A stretch of 64,000 nucleotides of DNA from a bacterium (GTDB taxonomy: Bacteria; UBA8248): positions 3,360,001-3,424,000 of the forward strand of contig CBDBZU010000004.1 in assembly GCA_965213625.1 (NCBI GenBank). Reading direction: 5' to 3'. The position numbers and the translations under genes were made by a program. Shown here piece after piece: positions 27,571 through 37,616 of the stretch (its first letter is position 1; every line of letters begins with the position of its first letter). The notes under the pieces were generated by a model. That model was given only the letters and a program-made list of their open reading frames with translations. It was not told the origin of the DNA and did not search any database.

Positions 27571-29154
27571 ATGCTGCCAATGCTGATATCCGTTCTTTCC
27601 ATCCTGTTTTTGGCGCTCAGCCCGCTGACCGACGCCCATGCCGCTAAGAGGGGCGGCACCCTAAAGGTCGCCATCGAGGGAGAAGCCGCCAACCTGGACC
27701 CGCTTGGAGTCGGCTTCGGGCGCAAAGTGTACCGCGAGGCAATCGGTTCAGGCCTGGTGCGCCTCGATGATAACTACAACGTCGTCGGGGACTTGGCGAA
27801 GAGTTGGGAAGTCTCCGACGAAGGCCGCGTCATCACCTTCAAGCTTCACCCGGGCGGCACCTACCATGACGGCACGCCGCTCGACGCCGCGTCGGTCAAA
27901 TGGAACTTCGATATCATCAGCGGCAAGGTCGTTCCGACGTGGGTCAAGGAACTGAAGAAAAAAAGCCCGAAATACAAATGGCGAAACATATTCATCGGCT
28001 ACCTCTTCCACATCAACAAGGTGGAAGTGCTCGACAAGTACACCGTGCGCATTCACCAGAACGACGTCGGCAAGGCGATGACGTTCGACGCTATGTCCTC
28101 GGCCTTCTCGCGCTTCGTGCTGGTTTCCCCCAAATCGTACGACATGAATATCGAGAAGTTCAGGCGCCACCCGGTGATGAGCGGCCCGTACAAATTCGTC
28201 GAGTGGAAGCGCAATCGGCACTTCTTCGCCGAGCGGCACAAGGGATACTTCAGAAAGGGCCTGCCCTACCTCGACAGACTCGAGTTCTACTTCATGGCGG
28301 ACGCGAACCAGCGCATGAACGCCCTCGCCGCAGGCGAGATAGACATCATCAACAACCTTCCGTTGCCGCTGTACGCTACGGCGAAGAAGACGACGGGCGT
28401 GAAGGTGCTCGCCGGGCCCCAGACCTTGAACTACGCATTCCCGATAAACAACCAGAGGGCCCCGTGGAAGGACAAGAGGGTTCGAAGGGCGCTTTCCTGC
28501 TTCGGCGTGGACCGCACCCAGATCGTCAAGACCGCGCTGCGTGGGCTCGCCAAGCCGTGGGTGAGCTACTCGCCCGCGGGCGCAAAGGACGCGCTCGATC
28601 TCACCGCCGAGTGCCCCTACGATCCCGCCAAGGCCAAGGCGCTGCTCAAGGAAGCCGGCTACGGATCGGGCGGCAAACCGCTCAAGATCACCCTGACCAC
28701 CAACAACTCGGATCCGGCCCACATCGAGGTGTCACAGGCGCTCAAGCTGCAATTCGCCAAGCTCGGTGTTTCCATGGACATCCGCGTCGTGGACTACGCC
28801 ACCTGGGTCCGCGCCTTCGTGCGCAAGAGAAAACTCCAGCTCACGCTTCAGAACACGCTTTCCTCCCGCACAGCGAACAGCAACTCGCATACCATTCACT
28901 CGAAATCGGGAATCGACTACTACAACATGAAGAACCCAGAGATCGACCGACTGCTCGATCTCTGGCGCTCCACCATCGATCCGAAAAAGCAGATCGGCAT
29001 CAGCCACAAGCTCCAGCGATACATACTGTCGCAGGGGTTTTACCCGAACATAGCGAGCTTCTCCTTCCTGCAGGCCACGAGGTCCGACGTTAAGGGCTTC
29101 ACGAATCTGGGCAAGATGATGCTCGACTACACGTCCGTGTGGCTTGATCGGTAA
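27571..29154 (+). CDS. Peptide/nickel-type ABC substrate-binding protein (family 5)
   Basis: Signal peptide, GGTLKVA, LDP, LAKSWEVS, HDGTPLDA, SGPYKFVEW, PYLD. Confidence 0.92.
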   Translation: MLPMLISVLSILFLALSPLTDAHAAKRGGTLKVAIEGEAANLDPLGVGFGRKVYREAIGSGLVRLDDNYNVVGDLAKSWEVSDEGRVITFKLHPGGTYHDGTPLDAASVKWNFDIISGKVVPTWVKELKKKSPKYKWRNIFIGYLFHINKVEVLDKYTVRIHQNDVGKAMTFDAMSSAFSRFVLVSPKSYDMNIEKFRRHPVMSGPYKFVEWKRNRHFFAERHKGYFRKGLPYLDRLEFYFMADANQRMNALAAGEIDIINNLPLPLYATAKKTTGVKVLAGPQTLNYAFPINNQRAPWKDKRVRRALSCFGVDRTQIVKTALRGLAKPWVSYSPAGAKDALDLTAECPYDPAKAKALLKEAGYGSGGKPLKITLTTNNSDPAHIEVSQALKLQFAKLGVSMDIRVVDYATWVRAFVRKRKLQLTLQNTLSSRTANSNSHTIHSKSGIDYYNMKNPEIDRLLDLWRSTIDPKKQIGISHKLQRYILSQGFYPNIASFSFLQATRSDVKGFTNLGKMMLDYTSVWLDR

Positions 29155-29175
29155 ACCGGCGCGGATGGGGAAGAT

Positions 29176-30123
29176 ATGAGGGCGTACATCATCCGCCGCA
29201 TTTTGTTGCTGATTCCGACGCTGCTCGGAATCACGATGGTGGTCTTCCTGACGATCCAGTCGATCCCGGGCGACCCCATCGAGGCCTACCTCGGCGAGTT
29301 CTACGAGGAGGACGTCGCGGCGGCGCTGCGGAGCCACTACGGCTTGGACCGCCCCATCTATGTGCAATACGTACTCTGGCTCGGCCGTCTGGTCCGGGGG
29401 GACTGGGGAAAGGAAGTCCTCTCGGGCCTGCCGGTCCTCGACCAGATACTCGAACACCTGCCAGTTAGTCTCGAACTCATCCTCGGGGCCATGATCGTGG
29501 CGCTCATGGTGGCGCTTCCAGCGGGGATCATTTCCTCCGTCCGCCCCTACACGCCGAGCGACTACACCGCGATGACCGGAGCGATGGTGGGCATTTCAAC
29601 GCCCGAGTTTTTCGGCGGAATCGTTCTTGTGTTGATCTTTTCGCTGGGCCTTGGCGTTTTACCGGTGCAGGGTTACAAGCCCTGGTCGGCGGGCGTCGGC
29701 GAGCATCTCTCCCACATGGCGCTACCCATACTTACCCTCGGGCTCACCCGGGGCGCCATTCTCACCCGTCTCGTCCGCGGATGCATGCTCGAGGTCGTCG
29801 GGCAGGACTACGTGAACACGGCCCGCTCGAAAGGAGCCGTCGAGTTCGTCGTCATCCTCAGGCACGCGTTCAAGAACGCCCTCATCCCCGTGGTCACGGT
29901 GATGGGCCTTCAGGTGGGCTTCCTCGTCGGAGGCACCATCATCGTCGAAACGATATTTTCCATTCCCGGCCTGGGGCAGTATGGAATCAACGCCATTTCG
30001 AGCAGGGACTACCCGGCCGTGATGGGTTTTATTCTGGTGTCTTCCTCCATTTTCGTGCTGGCGAACCTGACGGTGGATATTCTCTACGCCTATCTCAATC
30101 CGAGAATCCGCTATGAGAACTGA
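29176..30123 (+). CDS. Peptide-type ABC permease (DppB-like)
   Basis: YIIRRILLLIPTL, PGDP, YVNTARSKG, ETIFSIPGLG. Confidence 0.93.
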   Translation: MRAYIIRRILLLIPTLLGITMVVFLTIQSIPGDPIEAYLGEFYEEDVAAALRSHYGLDRPIYVQYVLWLGRLVRGDWGKEVLSGLPVLDQILEHLPVSLELILGAMIVALMVALPAGIISSVRPYTPSDYTAMTGAMVGISTPEFFGGIVLVLIFSLGLGVLPVQGYKPWSAGVGEHLSHMALPILTLGLTRGAILTRLVRGCMLEVVGQDYVNTARSKGAVEFVVILRHAFKNALIPVVTVMGLQVGFLVGGTIIVETIFSIPGLGQYGINAISSRDYPAVMGFILVSSSIFVLANLTVDILYAYLNPRIRYEN

Positions 30124-31066
30124 ACCGGAACGGCGCGAAGCCATAACCGCATCCATCGGGCAGGTCGACGGGAAACCCGCATCGACGGTTCTCGATCCGC
30201 TTGCGAGCAACGGTGAGGAGATCGACCATCAAAACATGCTCTCGGTGTTCTGGCGCAGCCTGCGCAGGAGCAAGACGGCCGTCGCCGGGCTCGTCATCGT
30301 GGTCGCCCTCGTCCTGATCGCCATTACGGCCGACATCGTCGCCCCCAATTCATATCAGGACCCTGCCGGGCCGAGCCTGATGCCGCCCTCCCTGAAATTT
30401 CCGTTTGGAACGGACCCGCTGGGCCGCGATATTTTCTCGCGCGTCATCTACGGCACCCGCGTTACGCTTTTCGTGGGTCTCGGCTCCATCGTGCTGGCGG
30501 TCGTTCTGGGCATTCCGCTCGGGGTATGCGCGGGCTATTACGGTAGCTGGTTCGATCTGATCTCGATGCGTTTCATGGATCTCATCCTCGCCTTTCCCAC
30601 GTTCTTGCTTGCCATCGTCATCATGGTCATTCTCGGGCCGAGTACTGCCAACGTGGTTTTGGCGCTCGCCATCGTACGCATTCCCATCTTCGCGCGCGTC
30701 GTGCGGGGTAGCGTTCTGGCCGTTAAGGATCAGGAGTTCGTCGAGGGCGCCCGGAGCGTATCGGCTTCGGACTTCCGGCTGCTCTTCCTGCACGTTCTGC
30801 CGAACTGCCTCGCCCCGCTGATTGTGTCGGCCACCATCTCCATCGCTTTCGCCATCCTGCTCGAGGCGAACCTCTCGTTTCTGGGTCTGGGCTCCCAGCC
30901 TCCGACGCCTTCGTGGGGCTTCGACCTCAAGCAGAACCTGACTTCGCTCGCCGTTCGGCCATTCAACGTCGTGGCGCCCGGACTGGCAATCATGGTGACG
31001 GTGCTCGGCTTCAATCTTTTCGGCGACGGTCTGCGCGACGCGCTGGACCCCAAAACGCGAAACTAA
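30113..31066 (+). CDS. Peptide-type ABC permease (DppC-like)
   Basis: FGTDPLGRDIFSRVIYG, LSFLGLG.QPP.PSWG, FNLFGDGLRDALDPK. Confidence 0.93.
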   Translation: MRTEPERREAITASIGQVDGKPASTVLDPLASNGEEIDHQNMLSVFWRSLRRSKTAVAGLVIVVALVLIAITADIVAPNSYQDPAGPSLMPPSLKFPFGTDPLGRDIFSRVIYGTRVTLFVGLGSIVLAVVLGIPLGVCAGYYGSWFDLISMRFMDLILAFPTFLLAIVIMVILGPSTANVVLALAIVRIPIFARVVRGSVLAVKDQEFVEGARSVSASDFRLLFLHVLPNCLAPLIVSATISIAFAILLEANLSFLGLGSQPPTPSWGFDLKQNLTSLAVRPFNVVAPGLAIMVTVLGFNLFGDGLRDALDPKTRN

Positions 31067-31087
31067 TATTACGGGCAAACCCGTGTA

Positions 31088-31240
31088 GGGGTTGTTGAAA
31101 AACCGGCCCTGGCATCTCGTGCGTTTGACGCTCTCTCATCGGTCGCGTCGTATTCTCGTCTTCTATGACCGCCTTATCGACCTCATCCTGAGCAGGTATC
31201 GGAGATCAAACGCGACTGATGAAGGTTTTTTGCATAACCC
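31088..31240. mobile_element. MITE-like unit with GGGGTTGTTGAAAAA left end and degenerate right end
   Basis: ggggttgttgaaaaa ... tttttgcataaccc, flanked by GTA on both sides. Confidence 0.5.
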
Positions 31241-31388
31241 GTAAAGAGACAATTTTTTTGTAGGTGCCAACCCCTCCTCGGGGTTGTCTCACACATAAAT
31301 TCGTACATGGACGCCCCTACGAAGTCTTTGGCTCCCAAGCAACGATAGACAGGCTCGGAGGCCTGTCCCTACCAACTCCCCCTCCAAA

Positions 31389-32264
31389 TCACGCGGCCTG
31401 CCAGATGATCACCACCATCCCGATGAACAACAAGACGGCGCCCACCGTTTTCTGCCAGGTAATCTCCTCCTCCCCCTTGAGCCATATCCGCGCCAGCAGC
31501 AGCGAGAACAGCGGCGCCGTATACACGATGGGGGCGATGATCGACACGTCGCCGTATTGATACGACGTGAAATGGCAGAAAAAAGAAAGCGTGAGAATCG
31601 AGCCTGCCAGCGCGAATCCCTTAACACCCGCCCTGTTGAAGGAGAGGCGCTCGTTATCGGGCAGGAAGGGATAGAACAGGAACAGCACGGGGATGGAGAT
31701 CGCATAGGAAAGCGTGGCCCCCAGCAGCGGTTCGGGCATAATGGTGAGTACCTGTTTTCGGATGGATGCGGCGAAGGCGAACGAGACGGCGTGCGCCATC
31801 GGCATGAGGATGAAAATCCGCCGCCAGGGTTTTTCGCCTTCCCTTTTAAGCGCCAGCAGAACGCATCCCGCAACCACGAATAACGTCGCGCCCAGTACCA
31901 CGGCACCCGGGCGCTCGCCCAGCCAGGCCATCGCCACGAGCGTTGAGAAAAAAGGCGTCACCGTGATGAGCGGCATCGCGCGACCCACCCCGATATAGCT
32001 GATGCTCAGGAACATGAGCGCCTGCGCCAATCCGGGCGCGAGCGCGCCGCCCACCAGAAACCACAGGGCGACCGGCAGCGTGAGTTCCCTCCATGAAGAG
32101 AGAAAGACCGAAACGACGACAAGAACCACCGTACCGATGCTGAGCGTGATCAGGCTGCCCGTAAAAGCGCTCGTGTAGCGCATGGTTCTTCGCGCCATGA
32201 CGCTGAAGACGGCGAACAGCACCGATGAGGCGAGCGCAAATAACGAGGCCAGCAAGGGGTTCAA
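31389..32264 (-). CDS. DMT/EamA family transporter
   Basis: About 10 TM helices; WLGERPG, GDVSIIAP, LARIWLK..EEI. Confidence 0.88.
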   Translation of the reverse strand: MNPLLASLFALASSVLFAVFSVMARRTMRYTSAFTGSLITLSIGTVVLVVVSVFLSSWRELTLPVALWFLVGGALAPGLAQALMFLSISYIGVGRAMPLITVTPFFSTLVAMAWLGERPGAVVLGATLFVVAGCVLLALKREGEKPWRRIFILMPMAHAVSFAFAASIRKQVLTIMPEPLLGATLSYAISIPVLFLFYPFLPDNERLSFNRAGVKGFALAGSILTLSFFCHFTSYQYGDVSIIAPIVYTAPLFSLLLARIWLKGEEEITWQKTVGAVLLFIGMVVIIWQAA

Positions 32265-32551
32265 GGAATTCTCCAGATTGAGGCTTTTCCCGTTTCGACT
32301 ACGCGCTCGCCCGAGCGATGCTCGCGTTCCGTAAAAGAGCAGCGTCGCACCGGCCCGTTCCCGCCACGTCAGTTTTTCCTCTCGCAGCCATTTTCAGGCA
32401 TATGGCGAGGTGGTGATCCCAGGAAAGGACTTACCAGCAAAAGAATAGGCGGAGGGGAGGATTCACGCCAACGCACCTTCTTAGATGACGGCGGGCGGCG
32501 TCCACCGCATCGCGAACACCCCTGTTTACGGCAAGGGCCGCGCGCAAGCGC

Positions 32552-33064
32552 TCAGCAACCCGATATTTTGCACCTGATGCACTCGACGATGTTGTCCGGC
32601 TCACTCGGCCTGGTAGAGTTTTTGACATCGTAGCCTTCCATCTTTCCGTCGCCGAACAAGCCGATGAGCATTCGCCCGTCCTCGGGGATGATGTAATCCC
32701 CAATCAAAACTCTTCCGGTGGCTTCATTCCGGGCGGCCCGCCGGTAAATGTTCCGGGCCCTGATTTTATGGTTGCAAGAAGACGCGTACCGGACTCCATT
32801 CTTCAGTGTGTGGACTTTCCCGTCCACGATTTCCGTCTGCGTTACGCGCTCGCCTCCGGAAGCCCAGCCGTCCATGAAGGTAACTCTCTGGATTCCGTCT
32901 TCACCCACGGTGAAGGATATTTTCACGTAGCGGGTATTGCCGCAAATCCATTCACCGATCATCGCCGGGTTGCACTCGGATACGGGCTCGGCGGCGGACG
33001 CACTCCCGGCGGGAACGATAAAAACGAGCGAAAGTAGCAATGCTTTCAGGACGTAATAAAACAT
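32552..33064 (-). CDS. Hypothetical secreted protein
   Basis: GGGGAGG SD; signal peptide ending SASA; several Cys. Confidence 0.6.
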   Translation of the reverse strand: MFYYVLKALLLSLVFIVPAGSASAAEPVSECNPAMIGEWICGNTRYVKISFTVGEDGIQRVTFMDGWASGGERVTQTEIVDGKVHTLKNGVRYASSCNHKIRARNIYRRAARNEATGRVLIGDYIIPEDGRMLIGLFGDGKMEGYDVKNSTRPSEPDNIVECIRCKISGC

Positions 33065-33176
33065 GAGCGCCTCCCCGTAAACTTCAAGGTTCGCGGAATT
33101 CTACACCAGGCCGTTGAAATCCGCCGCTCGCATTGAGGGAAACTATTAGCGTTTAGCAGACAGGAAACACGAATAC

Positions 33177-33208
33177 GCGGCGGTGGAAAATAACGCTTCC
33201 ACCGCCGC
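33177..33208. terminator. Stem-loop downstream of the hydrolase gene
   Basis: gcggcggtggaa-N8-ttccaccgccgc 12-bp perfect stem; weak U-tract. Confidence 0.5.
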
Positions 33209-33261
33209 GCATCAATCTTCTAGATGTAGTTCAGTTCAACGATTTTCACACTGAACATCTA

Positions 33262-34482
33262 TTAGAAATACACCTCACCTGGCCTTACGGGCGGCGTCCA
33301 CTCGCACTCGCCGAAGGGTCCGTCGCTTTTCTCCTTGACGTAGGCGATGCGGTCCTCGTTCACGCTCTCGCCTATCAGCGTCCGGTGCAGCCAGTCGAGA
33401 ATGTACTGGTGGTTGTCCATGCCGCCCAGGTTCTTCAAGCTCACGAGGGGGTGGAACTGGTTCTCGAACACCCACATCTCTTTTTTGCAGGTGAGGTCCT
33501 CATACACTTCGATGGCGTCCTCGAGCGGGCAGAGCGGGTCGAACTCGCCCGTCACCAGCAGCGTGGGGCACTGGATCTTGTCCATGTAGCCCTTGACGGT
33601 CATGTTGCGCGCCATCTCGTCGAACGCATCCTCATCGTCCATACCGGCCATGTACATGAACACCTGTTTGAAGCGGGGTGAGGACTGCGTGAAGATGGTG
33701 TTGTTCGGGTTGAAGCACGCCACGGCGCTCGCCACCGCCGCCGCCCGGTGGTCGTAGCTCGCCAGGCGGAGCGACCAGAAGCTCCCCATGCTGATGCCGT
33801 AGATGCCGATCTTGGTGGGCTCGATTTCCTCGCGCCCCAGGAGGTAGTCCATCACCGCGGCGCCTGCCCGCTCGTAGTTGTCGCCCACGGCGCGGATCTT
33901 CTGGATGTTGGAATTGCCCTGCCCCGGACCGTCCATCGCCAGGACGTGAAAACCCCTGTCCGCCGCCACATTGTGCCGCGCGTGGGGGAAGACCTCTTTG
34001 CTCTGATCCATGCCAGGCACGTAGATGATGCACGGCGCCTTCCTGCGGTCGGGCAGGAGGTGCAGGAGGCATGAGATTGTCTTGCCGTCGTCGAAGGGCA
34101 CCTCGACGCGCTCGATGGGGTAGGAGGCCGTCTCGGAGCGCCTGTCGACCACCTCCTTCAACTTGTTGCAAAGATAAATCTTTACCGGGTTGTCGTCATA
34201 GAAAATCGGGTGCTGCGCCATGCGGTACGCCTCGATGGCGTGGTCGTAGTGCTCCGTGGCCGTGGCGTTGAAACCCTCTCTCTGCGCCTTTTTGGCGAGT
34301 TTTTCATGCTCTTCGGCAGACTCGCGCCAGACCTTGGGCAGCATCTGATAGTTGTGGGCGCGCTTGCCCTGGGGGACTTCCAGGTAATCGCGCTCGAAGT
34401 TCTGGACGCGGCCCCTCATGTTCAGGGCCAGGTCGAGCATCCACTGCTGGTTGTCTCTTTCGGTGCGTAGTTTGCGAATCAT
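33262..34482 (-). CDS. Alpha/beta hydrolase (FrsA / 2,6-dihydroxy-pseudooxynicotine hydrolase-like)
   Basis: IERVEVPF, PGMDQSKE, DGPGQG, GISMG nucleophile elbow, GEFDPL. Confidence 0.85.
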   Translation of the reverse strand: MIRKLRTERDNQQWMLDLALNMRGRVQNFERDYLEVPQGKRAHNYQMLPKVWRESAEEHEKLAKKAQREGFNATATEHYDHAIEAYRMAQHPIFYDDNPVKIYLCNKLKEVVDRRSETASYPIERVEVPFDDGKTISCLLHLLPDRRKAPCIIYVPGMDQSKEVFPHARHNVAADRGFHVLAMDGPGQGNSNIQKIRAVGDNYERAGAAVMDYLLGREEIEPTKIGIYGISMGSFWSLRLASYDHRAAAVASAVACFNPNNTIFTQSSPRFKQVFMYMAGMDDEDAFDEMARNMTVKGYMDKIQCPTLLVTGEFDPLCPLEDAIEVYEDLTCKKEMWVFENQFHPLVSLKNLGGMDNHQYILDWLHRTLIGESVNEDRIAYVKEKSDGPFGECEWTPPVRPGEVYF

Positions 34483-34613
34483 TTTCCTCTCCACGTTTGA
34501 TTAAAATGGCAAAAGAAGTTTCGCCGACAAATTTGTCTGTCCTGGATTCCGGCGGAATGCTAAGCGGGCCGTCTCCCACCGGTCAATCCACTCGACACAA
34601 AATATGAAACTCG

Positions 34614-35786
34614 CTAGCAGACGATGTCCTCCTTCCTGAGGGCGGCTATCTCCACTCCCGAGAAGCCGAGTTCCTCCAATACCTCATCACTGTGCTGGCC
34701 GAGTGTTGGCGGCGGCCTCCGCACGGCAGACGGCGTCTTGTCGAACTTCACGGGTACGCCCCCGAGCTGCAAGACCCCGTATTCGGGATGCTCCGCCTGC
34801 GCGAGATAGCCCATCGCCTTCATCTGCGGATCCTCGTAGAGGTCGGTAGGTTTCCGCACGCGCGCGCAGGGCACGCCCTCGCCCTCGAACTTGCGAACCC
34901 ACTCCTCGCCCGGTGCCGTGCGCAAGACCTCCTGCACGAGGGGGATGATGGTCTCGCGCGCATCGTGCCTTCCGCGAAATGTGCGCCAGGCCTCTTCTTC
35001 GAGCAATACGGGAAGGCCCAGGATCTCTGAGGATTTCTCCCAGAAGCCGTCCACGTCCAGATAAAGGTAGATGTGTCCGTCCGAAACTTCATAAACGCGG
35101 GCGATGCGGTCGTTCAGGGCGTCTACCACGTCCGAGACGGGTTCTGTGTCACTCGCCCACATGAGGCGGCCGAACTGCATGGCCGTGGCCCCGCCCAGTA
35201 GCGATGCGTCAATACGCTGGCCCTCGCCGGTGCGCTCCCGCACGTAGAGCGCCATCATCACCGCGCCGTAGGCGAGCGCGCCCGTCATGTAGTCCACGAA
35301 CGAACCCTGCACCAATTCCGGCGCACCGCCCCCGCCCTGCTCGGCGGGAATGCCAGCCGTGGTCTGGATGATGGGGTCGATGCCCCGGCGTTCGCGCAGG
35401 GGACCCCCCTGTCCGTAGGCCGAGACCGAGAGATAGATGAGCCGGGGGTTTTCGCGCATCAGGGCGTCCGCGCCGAGCCCGAATTTCTCGATGGCTCCGG
35501 GGCGGTAGCCTTCCACGAACACGTCCATCTGCGCGGCCAGTTTTTTGGCGATCTCCCTGCCTTGTTCCGTGCGCAGGTTGAGGGCGAGGCTCCGCTTGCT
35601 GCGGTTCAAGCCGAGAAACAGCCTGCTCTCCCCGGAAAAAGAGGAGGGGAAATTCCGCACGCGATCACCATCGGGCGGTTCGAGCTTCACCACGTCCGCG
35701 CCCGCGTCCCCCATCATCAGCGTGCAGAACGGACCCGCCACGTAATGCGTGAGGTCCAGCACCCGAATTCCTTCCAACCCGTCCAT
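34614..35786 (-). CDS. Class III CoA-transferase (CaiB/BaiF)
   Basis: LEGIRVLDLT..VAGP, GADVVKLE, NRSKRSL, NPRLIY, D nucleophile in FVDY, PPTLGQH. Confidence 0.94.
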   Translation of the reverse strand: MDGLEGIRVLDLTHYVAGPFCTLMMGDAGADVVKLEPPDGDRVRNFPSSFSGESRLFLGLNRSKRSLALNLRTEQGREIAKKLAAQMDVFVEGYRPGAIEKFGLGADALMRENPRLIYLSVSAYGQGGPLRERRGIDPIIQTTAGIPAEQGGGGAPELVQGSFVDYMTGALAYGAVMMALYVRERTGEGQRIDASLLGGATAMQFGRLMWASDTEPVSDVVDALNDRIARVYEVSDGHIYLYLDVDGFWEKSSEILGLPVLLEEEAWRTFRGRHDARETIIPLVQEVLRTAPGEEWVRKFEGEGVPCARVRKPTDLYEDPQMKAMGYLAQAEHPEYGVLQLGGVPVKFDKTPSAVRRPPPTLGQHSDEVLEELGFSGVEIAALRKEDIVC

Positions 35787-35827
35787 ATCTTTCCTTGAAC
35801 CTAGCGAGATATCCGTACCTATTTGAA

Positions 35828-36245
35828 TTATATTTGTTTGCCTACTTGTTCAATCTTTTTCATCAGTTTTTCGTTCGTGCGCTCGCGGGGAACGATGAAG
35901 CGCTCGTTCGTCCCACGGGCGACGAGATCCACCTCGTCGTGAATCTCCACCTCGAAGACACAACGCCTCCTCTCGCGCTCGACAAGCCGCGCCCGCGCCT
36001 CCACCCGCATACCCTTGGGCGTTCCCGCCATGTGGGTGAGCGATACCTTCGTCCCCACGCTCGTCTGATCGGGGCCTAAATGTTCCTCCAGCGCAGCCAA
36101 GGCGGCCTTTTCCATAAAGCGTACCAACTCCGGGCGTCGCCACCACCTCGGCGTTCGTGCCTCTCAGGTGTAAGGGAACATGCTCATCCGCTACGACGAC
36201 GGCATACGTCCCCGTAAGTCCCGGCCGGATCGCGTCGTCACTCAT
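35828..36245 (-). pseudogene. FlK-like hotdog thioesterase with +1 frameshift near 36131
   Basis: N-terminal frame ends VVATP; second frame continues ELVRFMEKAA..TSVGT...TH..TP.G..GTNERFIV; one extra G joins them. Confidence 0.82.
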
Positions 36246-36276
36246 TTGGGTTCACCCAATGGCTTTGATACGGCGG

Positions 36277-37257
36277 CTAGCCGCCCATCGTAAGTACGAT
36301 TTTCCCAAAGACTTTCCCGGTCATCAGCACGTCATGGGAGCGCGCGGCCTCTGCGAGCGGCATCGTCTCCCCCACCGAGGCGCGCACACGGCCATCGGCA
36401 AGCATTAAATCAAGCTGACGAACCATATCCGGGAATACGTGGTCGGTGTTGAACAGGCTCATTCCCCGCACGTCGATGTCTTTGGAGTAAAACGGCGGAT
36501 AGTTCACCGAACCCACCGGGTTCTTGCCTGTGCCTGCGCCGAGCACGACGATGCAGCCGTATTTCTTCACCGCCCGGCAGTCGGCGTCGAAATTCTCCAC
36601 CGCCACCATCTCGACCACCGAGTCCACCCCGACGCCGCCTGTCTCGGCGAGGCAGCGTTCGGCGAAATCCTCCTCGCGGTAGTTGACGATCACGTCGGCG
36701 CCGAACTGACGGCAAAATTCTGCTTTTTCCTCGGAACTCACCGTCGTGATGACACGCGCCCCGGCAGCCTTTGCAATCTGGATCCCCATGCAGCCCACGC
36801 CGCCCGCGCCCGCGTGGATGAGCACCGTCTCTCCCGCCTTGAGCCCCGCCTTGTATATCAGCGCGTTATAGGCCGTGTACAAAACCACTGGGAGGGAAGC
36901 GCCTTCTTCATAAGAGAGGTTGTCGGGAAGTTTCGCCGTGCGGAGGGGATTCAGGATCGCCTTTTCGGCGTAAGAGCCGCTTGCCGCGGCGCCGAAGACC
37001 CTGTCGCCCGGGGAGAAGCCGCTCACCCCTTCGCCCACGGCGACCACGTCGCCCGCCGCGTCGACGCCAGGCGTCCATGGCAAGGCCAGGCTCTTCGAGA
37101 GCGGATGCGCGCCCGAGCGGAAGGTGGTGTCCACGGGGTTCACGCCCGCCGCCTTCACGTCAACCAGTATCTGGCCCGCGCCGGGCGTCGGGTCCGCCGC
37201 ATCTTCGAGCACCATCACCTCGGGGTCGCCGAATTCATGTACGTGTATCGCCTTCAT
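36277..37257 (-). CDS. NADPH:quinone reductase (zeta-crystallin/MDR family)
   Basis: MKAI.V.EFG.PEV, AAGVNPVD, PGVDAAG, VLIHAGAGGVG, GKIVL. Confidence 0.93.
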   Translation of the reverse strand: MKAIHVHEFGDPEVMVLEDAADPTPGAGQILVDVKAAGVNPVDTTFRSGAHPLSKSLALPWTPGVDAAGDVVAVGEGVSGFSPGDRVFGAAASGSYAEKAILNPLRTAKLPDNLSYEEGASLPVVLYTAYNALIYKAGLKAGETVLIHAGAGGVGCMGIQIAKAAGARVITTVSSEEKAEFCRQFGADVIVNYREEDFAERCLAETGGVGVDSVVEMVAVENFDADCRAVKKYGCIVVLGAGTGKNPVGSVNYPPFYSKDIDVRGMSLFNTDHVFPDMVRQLDLMLADGRVRASVGETMPLAEAARSHDVLMTGKVFGKIVLTMGG

Positions 37258-37616
37258 CTTCTTCTCCCATCGAATTGGGGCATCATGGAGTTTGAATTTC
37301 TCTTAAATGTTGGAGCAATAATTTCCGTCTGATTTCCTATTCCTTACCACACCTCAAGGGAAAATGCTCTCGCTTCCGGGCCGTGTGCGCGGGTCGCCTC
37401 GGGCCTTGACACGGAGTTATCAGCGGAGATAATGAGTCATTCTCAGCAGTGTAAGCAAAACCGCGCGCCCTGCCCGTTGGAACGGCGGGGTGGAGAATAA
37501 CGGAAGGCAGAGGACTTGAGTTCACGGGGAACTCTGAAAGGACATAATCGTTCATCTGGTGATGAGGCGTCATCATCAACATTCGTGCATGTTTTCACCA
37601 TGAAAAGGAGCCCGTA

